From: Polyangiales bacterium
Lineage (GTDB): Bacteria; Myxococcota_A; Polyangia; Polyangiales; Houyiibacteriaceae
Direction: 5' to 3'
DNA: 54,112 bases
Assembly: GCA_045106895.1 (NCBI GenBank)
Contig: JBGCFM010000243.1
Span: 1-54,112 of the forward strand
Positions 36,131 through 45,780 of the stretch are shown here, piece after piece. Numbering within the stretch: position 1 is the stretch's first letter; each line of letters opens with the position of its first letter. Made by a program: the position numbers and the translations under genes. Below the pieces are notes generated by a model. The model was not told where the DNA came from. It searched no databases and saw nothing but the letters and a program-made list of their open reading frames with translations.

Positions 36131-37831
36131 ATGCGAAACATCTTCTTTTGCGTGGTCAGCATTGTTCTAGGCTGCGCGGATGATTCCGTCGTGGACGGAG
36201 GAGTGGGGCCGGATGCAGAGCAAACGGACGCGTCCTCTCTTTTTGAAGATGCCACGCGTCTCAGAGACGCCGGCGCGGCGGAAGACGCTGGAAGGGACTC
36301 CGGGGATCCGGATTCCTCAGCCTCGGACTCCGGCGCCTCCGATGTGGGAATCCAGTACCAAAGCGGAACGAGCGTCACCACCACTCACGGCGACGTGGAA
36401 GGGGAGGAAGAAGGAGAGCTTCGCGTCTTCAAGGGGATCCCCTTCGCGGCCCCGCCTGTGGGTGCTCGACGACTGCGAGCCACCGAGCCTCCGGAACCGT
36501 GGGCCGGGACGCTCCGCGCGGACGAGTTTGGTCCCGCTTGCCCCCAGTCGCTCAACACAAACGTAGACGAGGACTGTCTGACGCTCAACGTCTGGGGCCA
36601 CCAGGACGATACGCCGCGGCCGGTCATGGTTTGGATCTACGGCGGCGGGTTCGTTAGCGGGGACAGCGGGCTGGCGCTCTACGACGGCGCCGATCTTGCG
36701 CGCGACGCAGACGTGGTGGTCGTGAGCATCAACTATCGACTCGGCGTTCTTGGCGGCCTCGCGATACCCGAGCTTCAGGCCGAAGACGCCCGCGGCGCTT
36801 CCGGGAATATGGGTCTCATGGATCAGATTCAGGCGCTGCGCTGGCTCTCTTCGAACCTTCGCGCCTTCGGCGGGGACCCCGACAATGTGACGGTCTTCGG
36901 CGAATCCGCCGGGGCCATCTCGACCTGCGCCTTGATGGGCGCGCCGGACGCGGACGCTCTCTTCCACAAGGCGATTATGCAGAGCGGGAACTGCGTCACG
37001 ATGTCGTCGTTGAGCGCCGGCGCTCTGGGAACCGAAGACGGCGCGTTTGCCGTTGGTGAACGGTTCATGGAGCGACTCGGCTGCGATGACGCGACGGATC
37101 GTTTGGCGTGTTTGCGTGCATTGTCCGCCGATGAGTTCGTCGAAGTCCTCGGCGTCGGCGAGCTGCTGGGCGGCATACTTAGCGCCGACCTTACGGGCCC
37201 CGTCGTCGATGGTGTGGTGCTTCCAGAGCTACCCTATGCACGAATCGCTCGCGGTGATGCCCCGGCACGCCCACTGATCGTCGGCAGCAACGGCAACGAA
37301 GGCAGGCTCTTCACGGCCACGCAGGTGATCCTCAACCGCGCGGCGTTTCGAGCAACCATCGCAGACCTTGTTGGTGAAGAAACGGCGGCTCAAATCGTCC
37401 CGCTCTACTCTCTCTTCGACTTTCCAATCGCCAAAGACGCCTTCGACGCGTTCCTCGGCGAGCTGCTCTTCAACTGCAACAGCTACCACACGGCCATCGC
37501 AGGCGGTGGCTACAGCTACTACCTGATGGTCGGCCCAGGCGCGTTCAACACTCCCTATGGTCCACTGCACACGGCGGACCTCTTCTACGTCTTTGGGAAT
37601 TTTACGTCGAGCGGCGTCGTTCCTTCGCTCTTCGACCTCGACCTGAGCGAGCGCATGCAGGTCGCGTGGGGAGCTTTTGCCCGCACCGGTGAGCCCTCCA
37701 TTGCGGGAGGCTGGTCCGTTGCCGAAGGGCCGAGTCCGGAGTACTTGCGACTGGGGCTGACGACGACGCGCGAGACGGAGTTCCGCGACGGACGCTGTGA
37801 GTCGATTCGAGAACTAGGTCTCTTGCCCTAG
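36131..37831 (+). CDS. Carboxylesterase type B lipoprotein
   Basis: 'FKGIPFAAPPVG', 'EDCLTLNVW', 'WIYGGGF', 'NYRLG', 'FGESAG'; lipobox VLGC. Confidence 0.93.
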   Translation: MRNIFFCVVSIVLGCADDSVVDGGVGPDAEQTDASSLFEDATRLRDAGAAEDAGRDSGDPDSSASDSGASDVGIQYQSGTSVTTTHGDVEGEEEGELRVFKGIPFAAPPVGARRLRATEPPEPWAGTLRADEFGPACPQSLNTNVDEDCLTLNVWGHQDDTPRPVMVWIYGGGFVSGDSGLALYDGADLARDADVVVVSINYRLGVLGGLAIPELQAEDARGASGNMGLMDQIQALRWLSSNLRAFGGDPDNVTVFGESAGAISTCALMGAPDADALFHKAIMQSGNCVTMSSLSAGALGTEDGAFAVGERFMERLGCDDATDRLACLRALSADEFVEVLGVGELLGGILSADLTGPVVDGVVLPELPYARIARGDAPARPLIVGSNGNEGRLFTATQVILNRAAFRATIADLVGEETAAQIVPLYSLFDFPIAKDAFDAFLGELLFNCNSYHTAIAGGGYSYYLMVGPGAFNTPYGPLHTADLFYVFGNFTSSGVVPSLFDLDLSERMQVAWGAFARTGEPSIAGGWSVAEGPSPEYLRLGLTTTRETEFRDGRCESIRELGLLP

Positions 37832-37892
37832 ACTTCCCGCGTCGAACACCGCACGGGACACCCATTTCGAAATGCCGTACGTTCGCGGCGAA

Positions 37893-38315
37893 ATGCAGAT
37901 CTCCCCTCTCTTTCTCGTGGGCGGCATCGCAACTTTCGTTGGCGCGATTCTCTTTGCGACGCAGCTCTTTCAGAACGGCGGCTGGGCCAAGTCCAGGCAG
38001 TTTCAAGTCATCGGTGAGCTGTTCCGCGGCGCTCATGGCTCAGGCGCGCGCATCGCCGTGCTCATTTCTTTCGTCATGATGCCCATCGGCGCGTGTCTGC
38101 TCTTCGCCGGTGTCGCCTCTTCAGACGCGGAACGCAGGAACCGCTGCGAAGCGCGCTGCTCTGCCGAGGGTTACGAGCAAGCGCGCATCGGACCCAACAG
38201 TGGGCGAGACCCGAGCGATCGAACGACCTGGTTCGTCGCCTGCATCTGCGAAGACGCCATTGATGGAAGCGATATCCTCGAGATCGATGCAAACTCGCTT
38301 CTGAGCGACGACTAA
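37893..38315 (+). CDS. Small membrane protein with a Cys-containing C-terminal domain
   Basis: Two TM segments; CxxxC...CxC. Start is 37872 or 37893. Confidence 0.6.
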   Translation: MQISPLFLVGGIATFVGAILFATQLFQNGGWAKSRQFQVIGELFRGAHGSGARIAVLISFVMMPIGACLLFAGVASSDAERRNRCEARCSAEGYEQARIGPNSGRDPSDRTTWFVACICEDAIDGSDILEIDANSLLSDD

Positions 38316-38764
38316 GCCGATTTGCTCAGACAGTCCGCGAGCACCCGTCGGTAGACCGGGCGGGTGGGCGATGTTCCGCGCGACCGAGCGATCCGCTCAA
38401 GGCGCTGGGCATCACTCGCGTCGATGCGAAGCCTGCGCCTGAGCCGGCCCAAAGCGATGGACTCACGTCTGTGAACTTGCCCGTCCACCTGCGCCACCCA
38501 GGCGGCGCTTGCGTAGATGGCCGCGGCTGCATTCTTGTCCATTGTCTCCTCGCCCGACGGCGGTGGCCCATCGGGAAGCCTCGCATGTCTCCCGCGGAGC
38601 ATCTTCCCGGCGAGCGAAAACGGTCCCAGCAAGTCCAGCTCTGAAGCGATTGTTCTCGCTGCCCGAACCTCGGACAAGGTGAGCTTCGCGTCGGCCCAGG
38701 CCAACGCCACAACGGCCTCGTAGATGTCCCAACGATGACGAAGACCAAGTGTTTGGCGGCGCAT
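38312..38764 (-). CDS. TerB-like protein (two TerB-type half motifs)
   Basis: 'VALAWADAKLTLSEV' and 'AAWVAQVDGQVHRRESIAL..L...L.I' match the TerB 'ADGxxxxxE' pattern. Start moved to ATG 38764. Confidence 0.65.
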   Translation of the reverse strand: MRRQTLGLRHRWDIYEAVVALAWADAKLTLSEVRAARTIASELDLLGPFSLAGKMLRGRHARLPDGPPPSGEETMDKNAAAAIYASAAWVAQVDGQVHRRESIALGRLRRRLRIDASDAQRLERIARSRGTSPTRPVYRRVLADCLSKSA

Positions 38765-38894
38765 GCGTTGTACCTGGGGGCGTGTTTTGATTTCGTCAAT
38801 ACCGATTCGTTTTTTCGAAGCATCGGTAATATCGATGTGTGTGCACGGTATTACACCCCTAGTCCGTTGTAAGGGACGTCCTAAAACTACGTGC

Positions 38895-39719
38895 ATGACG
38901 CGCTTTGTTCTTATGGCTCTCCTTTGCAGCGGCTGCGCCTTCTTCCGGCCAACCCAGGCGACCATCGACGTCGACTTCCACGCGTCCAGCGGCGACTCCG
39001 CGGAGTTGATATCGGACTTGAGTTCCCCGCGCTCAAGGGAGTGCTTGCTGGTGCTCTTGCCAGGCATCGGCGATCGAGGCGAATCATTCCGAAGCAACGG
39101 CTTCGTGGAAGATGCCCGTGACCAGGGGTGTGACTTTGCCCTCGTCGACGCCACCTTCGAATATTACCTCGCGCAAGAAGCGGTGCCGCGAGTGGCCACG
39201 GATGTGCTCTACGAAGCCCGCCGCTACGGCTACCAGAAAATCTGGCTGGTTGGAATTTCACTCGGCGGATACGGAGCGGTGCTCACCGCACGCGCCCACC
39301 CGGAACTCGTGGACGGCGTTGTTCTCATCGCGCCCATGCTTGGCCTACCACCACGTGTGGACACCGTTGTCGACGAAGTGATCGCCGCCGGGGGTCTCCA
39401 CCAGTGGGACAACGACACGCTCAGCAACTACCGGCACGACTTCCAAGAGCCGCGTCTCGTTTGGACCTGGCTGCGAGATCACGCCGTCATCCCTCGCGAC
39501 GAACGCCCGCTCGTCTTGGGCTTCGGCGCCGCCGACCGCTTTGCTCCTCGGCACGAGGTCCTCGCCGATGCTCTACCGAGTTCCTCGGTGTTCCGCGCGG
39601 AAGGTGGACACGACTGGGACACTTGGCGACGCCTGTGGCAAGGAATCATCGCCGAGCGGCCGTGGGAGCCGGCGACGCAGACCGAACCTCGAATCGAAGT
39701 CGCCGCGAAGGCGGACTAG
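38895..39719 (+). CDS. Alpha/beta hydrolase lipoprotein
   Basis: Lipobox CSGC; 'LVLLPGIGD'; nucleophile 'GISLGG'; 'DRF'; 'GGHDW'. Confidence 0.85.
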   Translation: MTRFVLMALLCSGCAFFRPTQATIDVDFHASSGDSAELISDLSSPRSRECLLVLLPGIGDRGESFRSNGFVEDARDQGCDFALVDATFEYYLAQEAVPRVATDVLYEARRYGYQKIWLVGISLGGYGAVLTARAHPELVDGVVLIAPMLGLPPRVDTVVDEVIAAGGLHQWDNDTLSNYRHDFQEPRLVWTWLRDHAVIPRDERPLVLGFGAADRFAPRHEVLADALPSSSVFRAEGGHDWDTWRRLWQGIIAERPWEPATQTEPRIEVAAKAD

Positions 39720-39725
39720 AGCTGA

Positions 39726-40640
39726 CTAGTCAGCCCGGCCCGCGCTTAAGAAGATACGCTCTCGGGCGTTTTCGCAGATTTCACGAACGGCTGGGTGCAC
39801 GAGGCGGCGCTCTACGGTGATGGCGTAGAAACGTTCGACCACCGACTCGACCTGGCCGATGACCTCCACGTTGTACGTATTTGTGATCTCGTCCGCGATG
39901 GAGGCGGGGCTTGGAAACACGCCGGCGCCTTCTCCGCCGAAGGCTTTCATCAACGCGCTGTCTTCAAACTCAGCGATGACGCGCGGGCGAACAGACTCGT
40001 CGACGAACCATTTTTCGAGGGCGCGACGCAGCAGCGTGTTGTCTGTTGGCAAAAGAACCGGAGCGCCTTCCAGCGACTGGGGGAATCCTTTGCGGAGCTT
40101 CTTGGCGAGGGCTTTGCTCCCATAGAAGTTCACCATGCTCTCGCCCAAGGGGTGGTTGAACGCGCGCACGCTCGCTTGTCCGGCGATAGGACTCTCGGCG
40201 AGCACGAGGTCGATGTCATGGACGGCGAGCATCGCGAGGAGCCGTTCGGTTTTGTCCTCGCGGCAGACCACGCGAAGACCGGCTGTTCCGAGCGCTGGCT
40301 GAAGCAAGCGGTGGAGAATGAGCTTGGGCATTAGGTCGCTCACGCCGATGACGAGGCGTTCGACACGGTCTTCTTTGCGGCCTGCAATCACGTCTTGGAG
40401 GGAGCGCCCGATCTCGAAGATCTCGTCTGCGTAGCGAAACGTCACCTTTCCGATCTCGGTGAGCTCAAGGTTTCGCCCGACGCGGCGAAAGAGCTTCTCG
40501 CCGAGAGACTCTTCGAGTTGCTTGAGCTGGCCGCTCACCGTCGACTGGGAGAGACGAAGCGCCGCCGCCGCCGCCGTCACGGAGCCTTCTCGTGCCACCA
40601 TCCAGAAGTAGTGGAGGTGGTGGTAGTTGAGCCAGTCCAA
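39726..40640 (-). CDS. nhaR: LysR family transcriptional activator, NhaR-like
   Basis: TTG start then 'DWLNYHHLHYFWMVAREGSV', 'EFEDSALMKAFG', 'FYAITVERRLVHPAV', typical of NhaR. The ORF-track extension to 41606 is spurious. Confidence 0.85.
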   Translation of the reverse strand: MDWLNYHHLHYFWMVAREGSVTAAAAALRLSQSTVSGQLKQLEESLGEKLFRRVGRNLELTEIGKVTFRYADEIFEIGRSLQDVIAGRKEDRVERLVIGVSDLMPKLILHRLLQPALGTAGLRVVCREDKTERLLAMLAVHDIDLVLAESPIAGQASVRAFNHPLGESMVNFYGSKALAKKLRKGFPQSLEGAPVLLPTDNTLLRRALEKWFVDESVRPRVIAEFEDSALMKAFGGEGAGVFPSPASIADEITNTYNVEVIGQVESVVERFYAITVERRLVHPAVREICENARERIFLSAGRAD

Positions 40641-40778
40641 GAGGCGAATCAGACCACAAAACGAAGCGGCAATAAAGGTGGGTGGTCGAAGGGCGACCCG
40701 CGTCGCTTGCGGCTGATCCCCGCGCCTCGTTGGAAACGAGGCTATGCACCACCACGAGATGTGCTCTAGTGTTTGGCC

Positions 40779-41066
40779 ATGACCCCAAAGCCACTTCGTT
40801 ACTTTGTTAGCAGCGCGCTCCTCGTTGGTTCTTTGAGCGCCTGTGGCGGCGCAGAGCACACCGTCAACCAAGCTCCCCCCCGGGACGACGAAGCGCGCCC
40901 CGTGGTGAACGAGGCTGCCCACCCACAGCCCAACGAGCACCCAGAGCATACGGACCCCGAGACTGAGCCCGAGGCCAATCCAGAGCCGGACGTCGAGCCG
41001 GAGACGAACGCCGCCCCGGAGCCGGAGCCGGAGATGAGCGTCAACCCCGTGGCGCCAGAGGAGTAG
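40779..41066 (+). CDS. Small Pro/Glu-rich lipoprotein
   Basis: Lipobox LSAC followed by (PE)n low-complexity sequence. Confidence 0.7.
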   Translation: MTPKPLRYFVSSALLVGSLSACGGAEHTVNQAPPRDDEARPVVNEAAHPQPNEHPEHTDPETEPEANPEPDVEPETNAAPEPEPEMSVNPVAPEE

Positions 41067-41072
41067 TCTCCG

Positions 41073-41945
41073 ATGAAGCCGAGCGAAGGCCTTGGCGGCG
41101 TTCTCGCCAAGCAACACACCAAGCAGATCAAGCGAGCTCCTTGGCCTGACTTCGACGCCTTCGAGCGGGACCGCTACCCCCTCGAAGAGAGACGCGTAGC
41201 CGCTCGGCAGTGGCTTCGTCGCGCTCGCGAAGAGTATGGTTCGGTTCACGAATTCAGTCTGCTCTTGGGTGCGCTCACCGGCCTTGGCGCGCCCGCCGAA
41301 TGGACGGGCATGCTCGCGAGGCTCATCACCGACGAAGCACGCCACGTTGAGCTCTGCCGCAGCATGACCTGCGCCCTCGTTGGTGACGAAGAAGCCGCGG
41401 GCATGGAGTGGACGCCGCCAACCCCGCCGTTTCCCCCGCCGCCCACCGGACCAAGGGTTCTGGCGTGGGCGGCAGATGTCGTTCTGTGCACGTGTTGTAT
41501 CGGCGAGACGGTATCCGTTCCGCTCTACGAGTCCCTCGCGACGGTCACCACGGACCCCGTCGCTCGCGCCGTCGTCGAGCAGATCCGCCGAGACGAGCTC
41601 CTGCACTCGCGCTTCGGCTGGGAGGCGCTGGAGTGGCTCTTGCCGCGGCTCCAGCCCGACGAACGTGACTGGCTGGAGGCACGACTCGCTTGGCGCCTGG
41701 GAGGTTTTGAGCGGACGTGTTCGGCGGGGCAGGATTTAGCGGATCTCGTCGGCAAGGAGGTTGTCGTCAAAGCGCCGGAAGCGGATGCACCGTCGAACCT
41801 GGGCCACCAAGAAGCGCGGGTCTTCGCGACGGTGTTCTACGCCACGCTCGAGCACGAGATCTTGCCGCGCTTTAGCGCTCTTGGCTTCGACGCGATGGGC
41901 GCATGGAAAGCCCGGGCTGCGCCGATGCCGGCGCCTCTCACGTGA
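41073..41945 (+). CDS. Ferritin-like di-iron domain protein
   Basis: 'EEYGS', 'DEARH', 'CIGET', 'DELLH' fit the E...ExxH...E...ExxH pattern. Confidence 0.8.
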   Translation: MKPSEGLGGVLAKQHTKQIKRAPWPDFDAFERDRYPLEERRVAARQWLRRAREEYGSVHEFSLLLGALTGLGAPAEWTGMLARLITDEARHVELCRSMTCALVGDEEAAGMEWTPPTPPFPPPPTGPRVLAWAADVVLCTCCIGETVSVPLYESLATVTTDPVARAVVEQIRRDELLHSRFGWEALEWLLPRLQPDERDWLEARLAWRLGGFERTCSAGQDLADLVGKEVVVKAPEADAPSNLGHQEARVFATVFYATLEHEILPRFSALGFDAMGAWKARAAPMPAPLT

Positions 41946-41949
41946 GCTG

Positions 41950-42552
41950 TCAGGAGCGAACGAGCGCTCCGTGTGTTTCGTGGATTTGCCGGAACGATGG
42001 GATGCGCGCTGGACCGGCGAGCTGCCGATAGGCCATATACATCTGCGTGGCGCAGCGTGTGAAGTCCATCGCGCCGATTCCGGTGCCGAGGCCACAGCAG
42101 ACAAGTGAGCGGATCGTCGTCGAGCTGGAGGCTGCGTTGAAGCGCTGCACCGCCAGGAGCGCAGCGCGGAAAGCGAGGTACGCGTGGGTGGTCCGTGCGA
42201 CGCTCTCCGGGACACGCATCGTCGGCGCCACCACGAGGAAGGGCCACTTGTCGTTCGACGTGGCGACGACGGCGGCCTGACCCACGGGCATCTCGCCGTG
42301 GCACTCGTCGAGAATGACCCGCTGGACCGAGCGCTGAATGTTGCCGCCGAGGGTGTCGCGAATGGCCGCGTCGAGGCCGCCGTCCATGATTCCGAAGCTA
42401 TTGGCGGGGCTGAGCATGGCGTCCGCGGGGCGGGAAAAGTAGTCGCCTTCGACGACCTCAAAGACGTCGTCATTCCCAAAACAATCCCTCCACGCGCTCG
42501 CCATGGAAGGGTGTCGATCGATGAGGAGGATAGACTCGGGGAGCGAGGACAT
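41950..42552 (-). CDS. Macro domain (ADP-ribose binding/hydrolase) protein
   Basis: 'GDYF...DAMLSPANSFGIMDGGLDAAI', 'APTMRVP', 'GLGTGIG'. Confidence 0.9.
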   Translation of the reverse strand: MSSLPESILLIDRHPSMASAWRDCFGNDDVFEVVEGDYFSRPADAMLSPANSFGIMDGGLDAAIRDTLGGNIQRSVQRVILDECHGEMPVGQAAVVATSNDKWPFLVVAPTMRVPESVARTTHAYLAFRAALLAVQRFNAASSSTTIRSLVCCGLGTGIGAMDFTRCATQMYMAYRQLAGPARIPSFRQIHETHGALVRS

Positions 42553-42651
42553 CGCGCGATTCTAGCGAATCTGGGCCGCGAATGCCCGTTCGCCGGGAGG
42601 TGGGGGGGAGCCTCCGGGAACTTTTCGAGTAGGAGAATGTCAGGGGGAGGT

Positions 42652-44445
42652 ATGCGTCTGTTTTCCGCCCAGGAGCTGCGCCGCTTTGGTCGAGGAGGCG
42701 AGAACCTTCGGATGGGAGCGGAAGGCGCGAGCATGGGCTCGCTGCAGGGCCTCGGCGGGCTGAGCGCGTCTGCGAGCGGCGCCTCCATGAGCACTCCTAC
42801 TTCGGCTTCCGCGAGCCCTTCGTCGTCGAGCAGCATCACCAACACACAGGTCGCCGGCATCGATGAAGGGGACATTGTCAAAGCCTTGGGGGAGCACTTC
42901 ATCGTCCTGCGCCGAGGCGTGCTTTTTTCGGTAAGTGCTGCGGAAAGCGGGCTCACCGTGCAAGACCAGGCGCACGTTCAACTCCCGGACCAAGGAGAAG
43001 GCTGGATCGACGAGCTCTTGGTTCACCACAGAACACGAACGCTCATCGTGACGGGCTTTGTTTCGGGGCCCGACGGCCGCGACTACACCCTCTATCACCT
43101 CTTCACCCTCGAAACGGACGGTCAAATCGTCCGTGGCGACGCGCTCTTCTTTCCGTCGATGGATTACTTCGGTGAGGAGGACTACGCGACGCGGATGGTG
43201 GGCGACAACCTCGTCACCTATTCGGTTCATGAGTTTCAAACGGAATACGCCCTCTTGCCGGATGACCTCGAAGGCCTTGAACCCGACGAGGTCGCGCAGA
43301 TGCGACGTCAGGGGAGGTTTGACTACGCTCTGCCGCAAGTGCGGCGTGGGCCCAGTGGCCGCTTCGAGCGGACGTGGTCGCCGCGCCGAACGTTTCGCGA
43401 GCAGGGCCGAGAGGCGACCACGCTCCACGCCATCACTTCGTGCCACATGGGTCGAGCGCCGGTACGCTGTCGAACGCGAAGTGTCCTCGCGGACGGAGAC
43501 GCGAGACTCTTCGTGTCGCACTCCGCCGCCTACTTGTGGATGAACGAGATGAGCTACGTGCCCGAAGGCCAGGGCGAGGAGCCTTCAGAGGAGGGGAACG
43601 CGTCGCCGCTCTACCGTTTTCCGCATCGGCGCTCGAACGTGCAGAGCGTCGCCGTCGCGGGAGAGACCCTCGGTGCGCTTTCATTTCGTGAGTCCGGCGG
43701 CTCCCTTCGGGCCCTCGTATTTGTGCCGGACGCGGGTGCGACGGACGCCGAGTCGGAAGAGGAGAGCGAAGTGGAGCTCGCGCTTCTGACCATTCCTCTT
43801 CGAACTTTTGGCCAGCCGCTCCACTGGCGAGACTATCGACCTTTGCCTGGCGCCCACCCCGGTTCAGTTCGCTTCGTTGGCGACGCGCACGTGCTCTATG
43901 GCGATGGCCGCACGTTCGTCCACAACATCGACACAGCCGAGACCTGCGTTTTTGACGAAGTGGCGCCGGAACGCATCGACCCCCTCGGCCCAGGCGCTGC
44001 GCTCGTGTCCTGGAACGAACGAGACAGCCTGAACTACGCGATTATCGACGTCCGCAACATGTCACGGGCCCGTGAGATGCGCGCGCTCCAGGGGGCTACC
44101 TCTTCGGAGACGCGAACCCATGGCTTCTTCTATCAGCCGGACGCCCAGGGGGGCTCGTTCGGGATGCCCGTGGTCGCTTCCACATTCGCGAGCGTCGCCT
44201 ACTTCGACGTTCGTGATCACCACACCACCCTCGTCGGTTCACTGAGCGCCGATGCGCTCGACTCGGAGGAGGAGTGTGAGAACTCGTGCACGGACTGGTA
44301 CGGCAACGCGCGACCGATCTTCTGGCGCGAGCGCGTCTTTGCGCTCTTAGGTTCCGAGCTGGTGGAAGGGGCGCGGGTCGACGGCCGCATCACCGAGCGC
44401 GCTCGCGTCAGGCTGGTGCCGGGGCCGCGCTCAACCGCCGACTAA
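42652..44445 (+). CDS. Beta-propeller domain protein (secreted Beta_propel family); start uncertain
   Basis: 'ITNTQVAGIDEGDIVK' is the typical N-terminal motif; 'DWYGNARPIF...FALLGSELVEG' at the C-terminus. No signal peptide is visible. Confidence 0.75.
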   Translation: MRLFSAQELRRFGRGGENLRMGAEGASMGSLQGLGGLSASASGASMSTPTSASASPSSSSSITNTQVAGIDEGDIVKALGEHFIVLRRGVLFSVSAAESGLTVQDQAHVQLPDQGEGWIDELLVHHRTRTLIVTGFVSGPDGRDYTLYHLFTLETDGQIVRGDALFFPSMDYFGEEDYATRMVGDNLVTYSVHEFQTEYALLPDDLEGLEPDEVAQMRRQGRFDYALPQVRRGPSGRFERTWSPRRTFREQGREATTLHAITSCHMGRAPVRCRTRSVLADGDARLFVSHSAAYLWMNEMSYVPEGQGEEPSEEGNASPLYRFPHRRSNVQSVAVAGETLGALSFRESGGSLRALVFVPDAGATDAESEEESEVELALLTIPLRTFGQPLHWRDYRPLPGAHPGSVRFVGDAHVLYGDGRTFVHNIDTAETCVFDEVAPERIDPLGPGAALVSWNERDSLNYAIIDVRNMSRAREMRALQGATSSETRTHGFFYQPDAQGGSFGMPVVASTFASVAYFDVRDHHTTLVGSLSADALDSEEECENSCTDWYGNARPIFWRERVFALLGSELVEGARVDGRITERARVRLVPGPRSTAD

Positions 44446-44478
44446 CATGGGGGGTCGTCTTCGCGACCGATTGACGTC

Positions 44479-45177
44479 ATGCTTCGGGCAATGCTTGATT
44501 CCATCGCTCCCGGCGTGTGGTCCACGTCAACGCCAGTTCGCTTCGTCGGCATCCCCATGCATGCGAACACGACCATCGCAACCTTGGAGGATGGCCTCTT
44601 CGTCTGTTCGCCGGGCGCCATGAGCGATGAGCTCAAGCGTGCCATCGACGCCATTGGCGAGGTGCGCGTGATCGCCGCCCCGAATCGGTTTCATCACCTC
44701 TTCGTCAGCGAGTGGCGTGAAGCGTTTCCCGACGCATCGGTTCACGTGCCTCAGTCTCTCGTGTCCAAGCGCGCCGATTTGGCGGACTGCCACTTCCTCG
44801 GCGAAGAAGCACACTCGGACTACGCCGACGTCATCGCTCAGCAACGAATGCACGGACTCCCCCTCATCGACGAGACGTGGTTCTTTCACCGGCCCTCGAA
44901 GACGCTCATCAACAACGATCTGATGCACAATGTCCACGAAGAGAGCAGCGCCCTCGCGCGCTCCGCTTGGTGGATGATGGGCGCCTGGAAGAACTTCGGG
45001 CCGAGTCGAATGGAGCGCTGGCTTGCCCGCGATAAGCCGGCGCTGAGAGACAGCGTAGAAGCCGCGCTGGCGTGGAAGTTCGAGCGTGCGCTGGTCGCGC
45101 ACGGCGATGTGTTTGAGCCGGCGGGCGATCCTCGTTCGGAGGTTCGCGATGTGTGGCACTGGCTCTTGAAGAACTGA
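44479..45177 (+). CDS. DUF4336 family (metallo-beta-lactamase-like) protein
   Basis: 'APNRFHHLF', 'ETWFFHRPSKTLI..D', 'AHGDV'. Confidence 0.82.
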   Translation: MLRAMLDSIAPGVWSTSTPVRFVGIPMHANTTIATLEDGLFVCSPGAMSDELKRAIDAIGEVRVIAAPNRFHHLFVSEWREAFPDASVHVPQSLVSKRADLADCHFLGEEAHSDYADVIAQQRMHGLPLIDETWFFHRPSKTLINNDLMHNVHEESSALARSAWWMMGAWKNFGPSRMERWLARDKPALRDSVEAALAWKFERALVAHGDVFEPAGDPRSEVRDVWHWLLKN

Positions 45178-45190
45178 ACCTATCCAGCGA

Positions 45191-45619
45191 CTACTGACCA
45201 TGTAGGCCGGGGTAAATTACCTCGGCGCGGACTACGCGCCACTGCGAACCGTCGTGACGGACGTGGTAGGCCCGACCCTCGACCGTGCAGCGTTGCACTT
45301 CGTCGCGGGAGAGGCCCGTCGTGTCCGCCTGCGCTGGAGCTGCCTCCGCGTACTCCGCGTACTCCTCGAACTCCGCGGAGAACGTTGCCTCCAGTTCGTC
45401 GTCGTCGTCGCGTTCCGCCGCGCTCAAGGGCTCCGGCGGAAGCTCTTCGTTCGGCGAGAGTGGAAAGCAGCGCCCCTCACGAAACGCGGCGAGCCATCCC
45501 TCGTCATGAAGCTGCTGCACCGCCGAAGGGATGCCGCCGTACTCAAGGCGCGCTTGCGCGCCACCGCATCCAACGAGAATCGCGAGGAGCATCGCGCGCA
45601 TGCTCGACGTGGCCGTCAT
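45191..45619 (-). CDS. Hypothetical lipoprotein
   Basis: 'MRAMLLAILVGC' lipobox. Start is 45619 or 45601. Confidence 0.65.
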   Translation of the reverse strand: MTATSSMRAMLLAILVGCGGAQARLEYGGIPSAVQQLHDEGWLAAFREGRCFPLSPNEELPPEPLSAAERDDDDELEATFSAEFEEYAEYAEAAPAQADTTGLSRDEVQRCTVEGRAYHVRHDGSQWRVVRAEVIYPGLHGQ

Positions 45620-45780
45620 GAGTTGCCGGTGGTGGTTCGGCCCGGTCCTCCCCCCAATCATGGGATGACGATACGAAGGTCTTGCGCGCTGCGCGCGGGC
45701 GCGGGCGCGAAGTCGTTCTATACTTCGTTCCGATGGGCGCGCGGGATAGAAACTTGTTTGTGCGTGCGACGCCACGCCTG

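Noticed and set aside
40641..41606. 626-aa fused LysR protein
   Set aside because: The extension is the antisense shadow of two + strand genes; NhaR similarity starts at TTG 40640.
41950..42552. Macrodomain as the antitoxin of a DarTG-type system
   Set aside because: No adjacent ADP-ribosyltransferase gene, and it lacks the DarG C-terminal domain.
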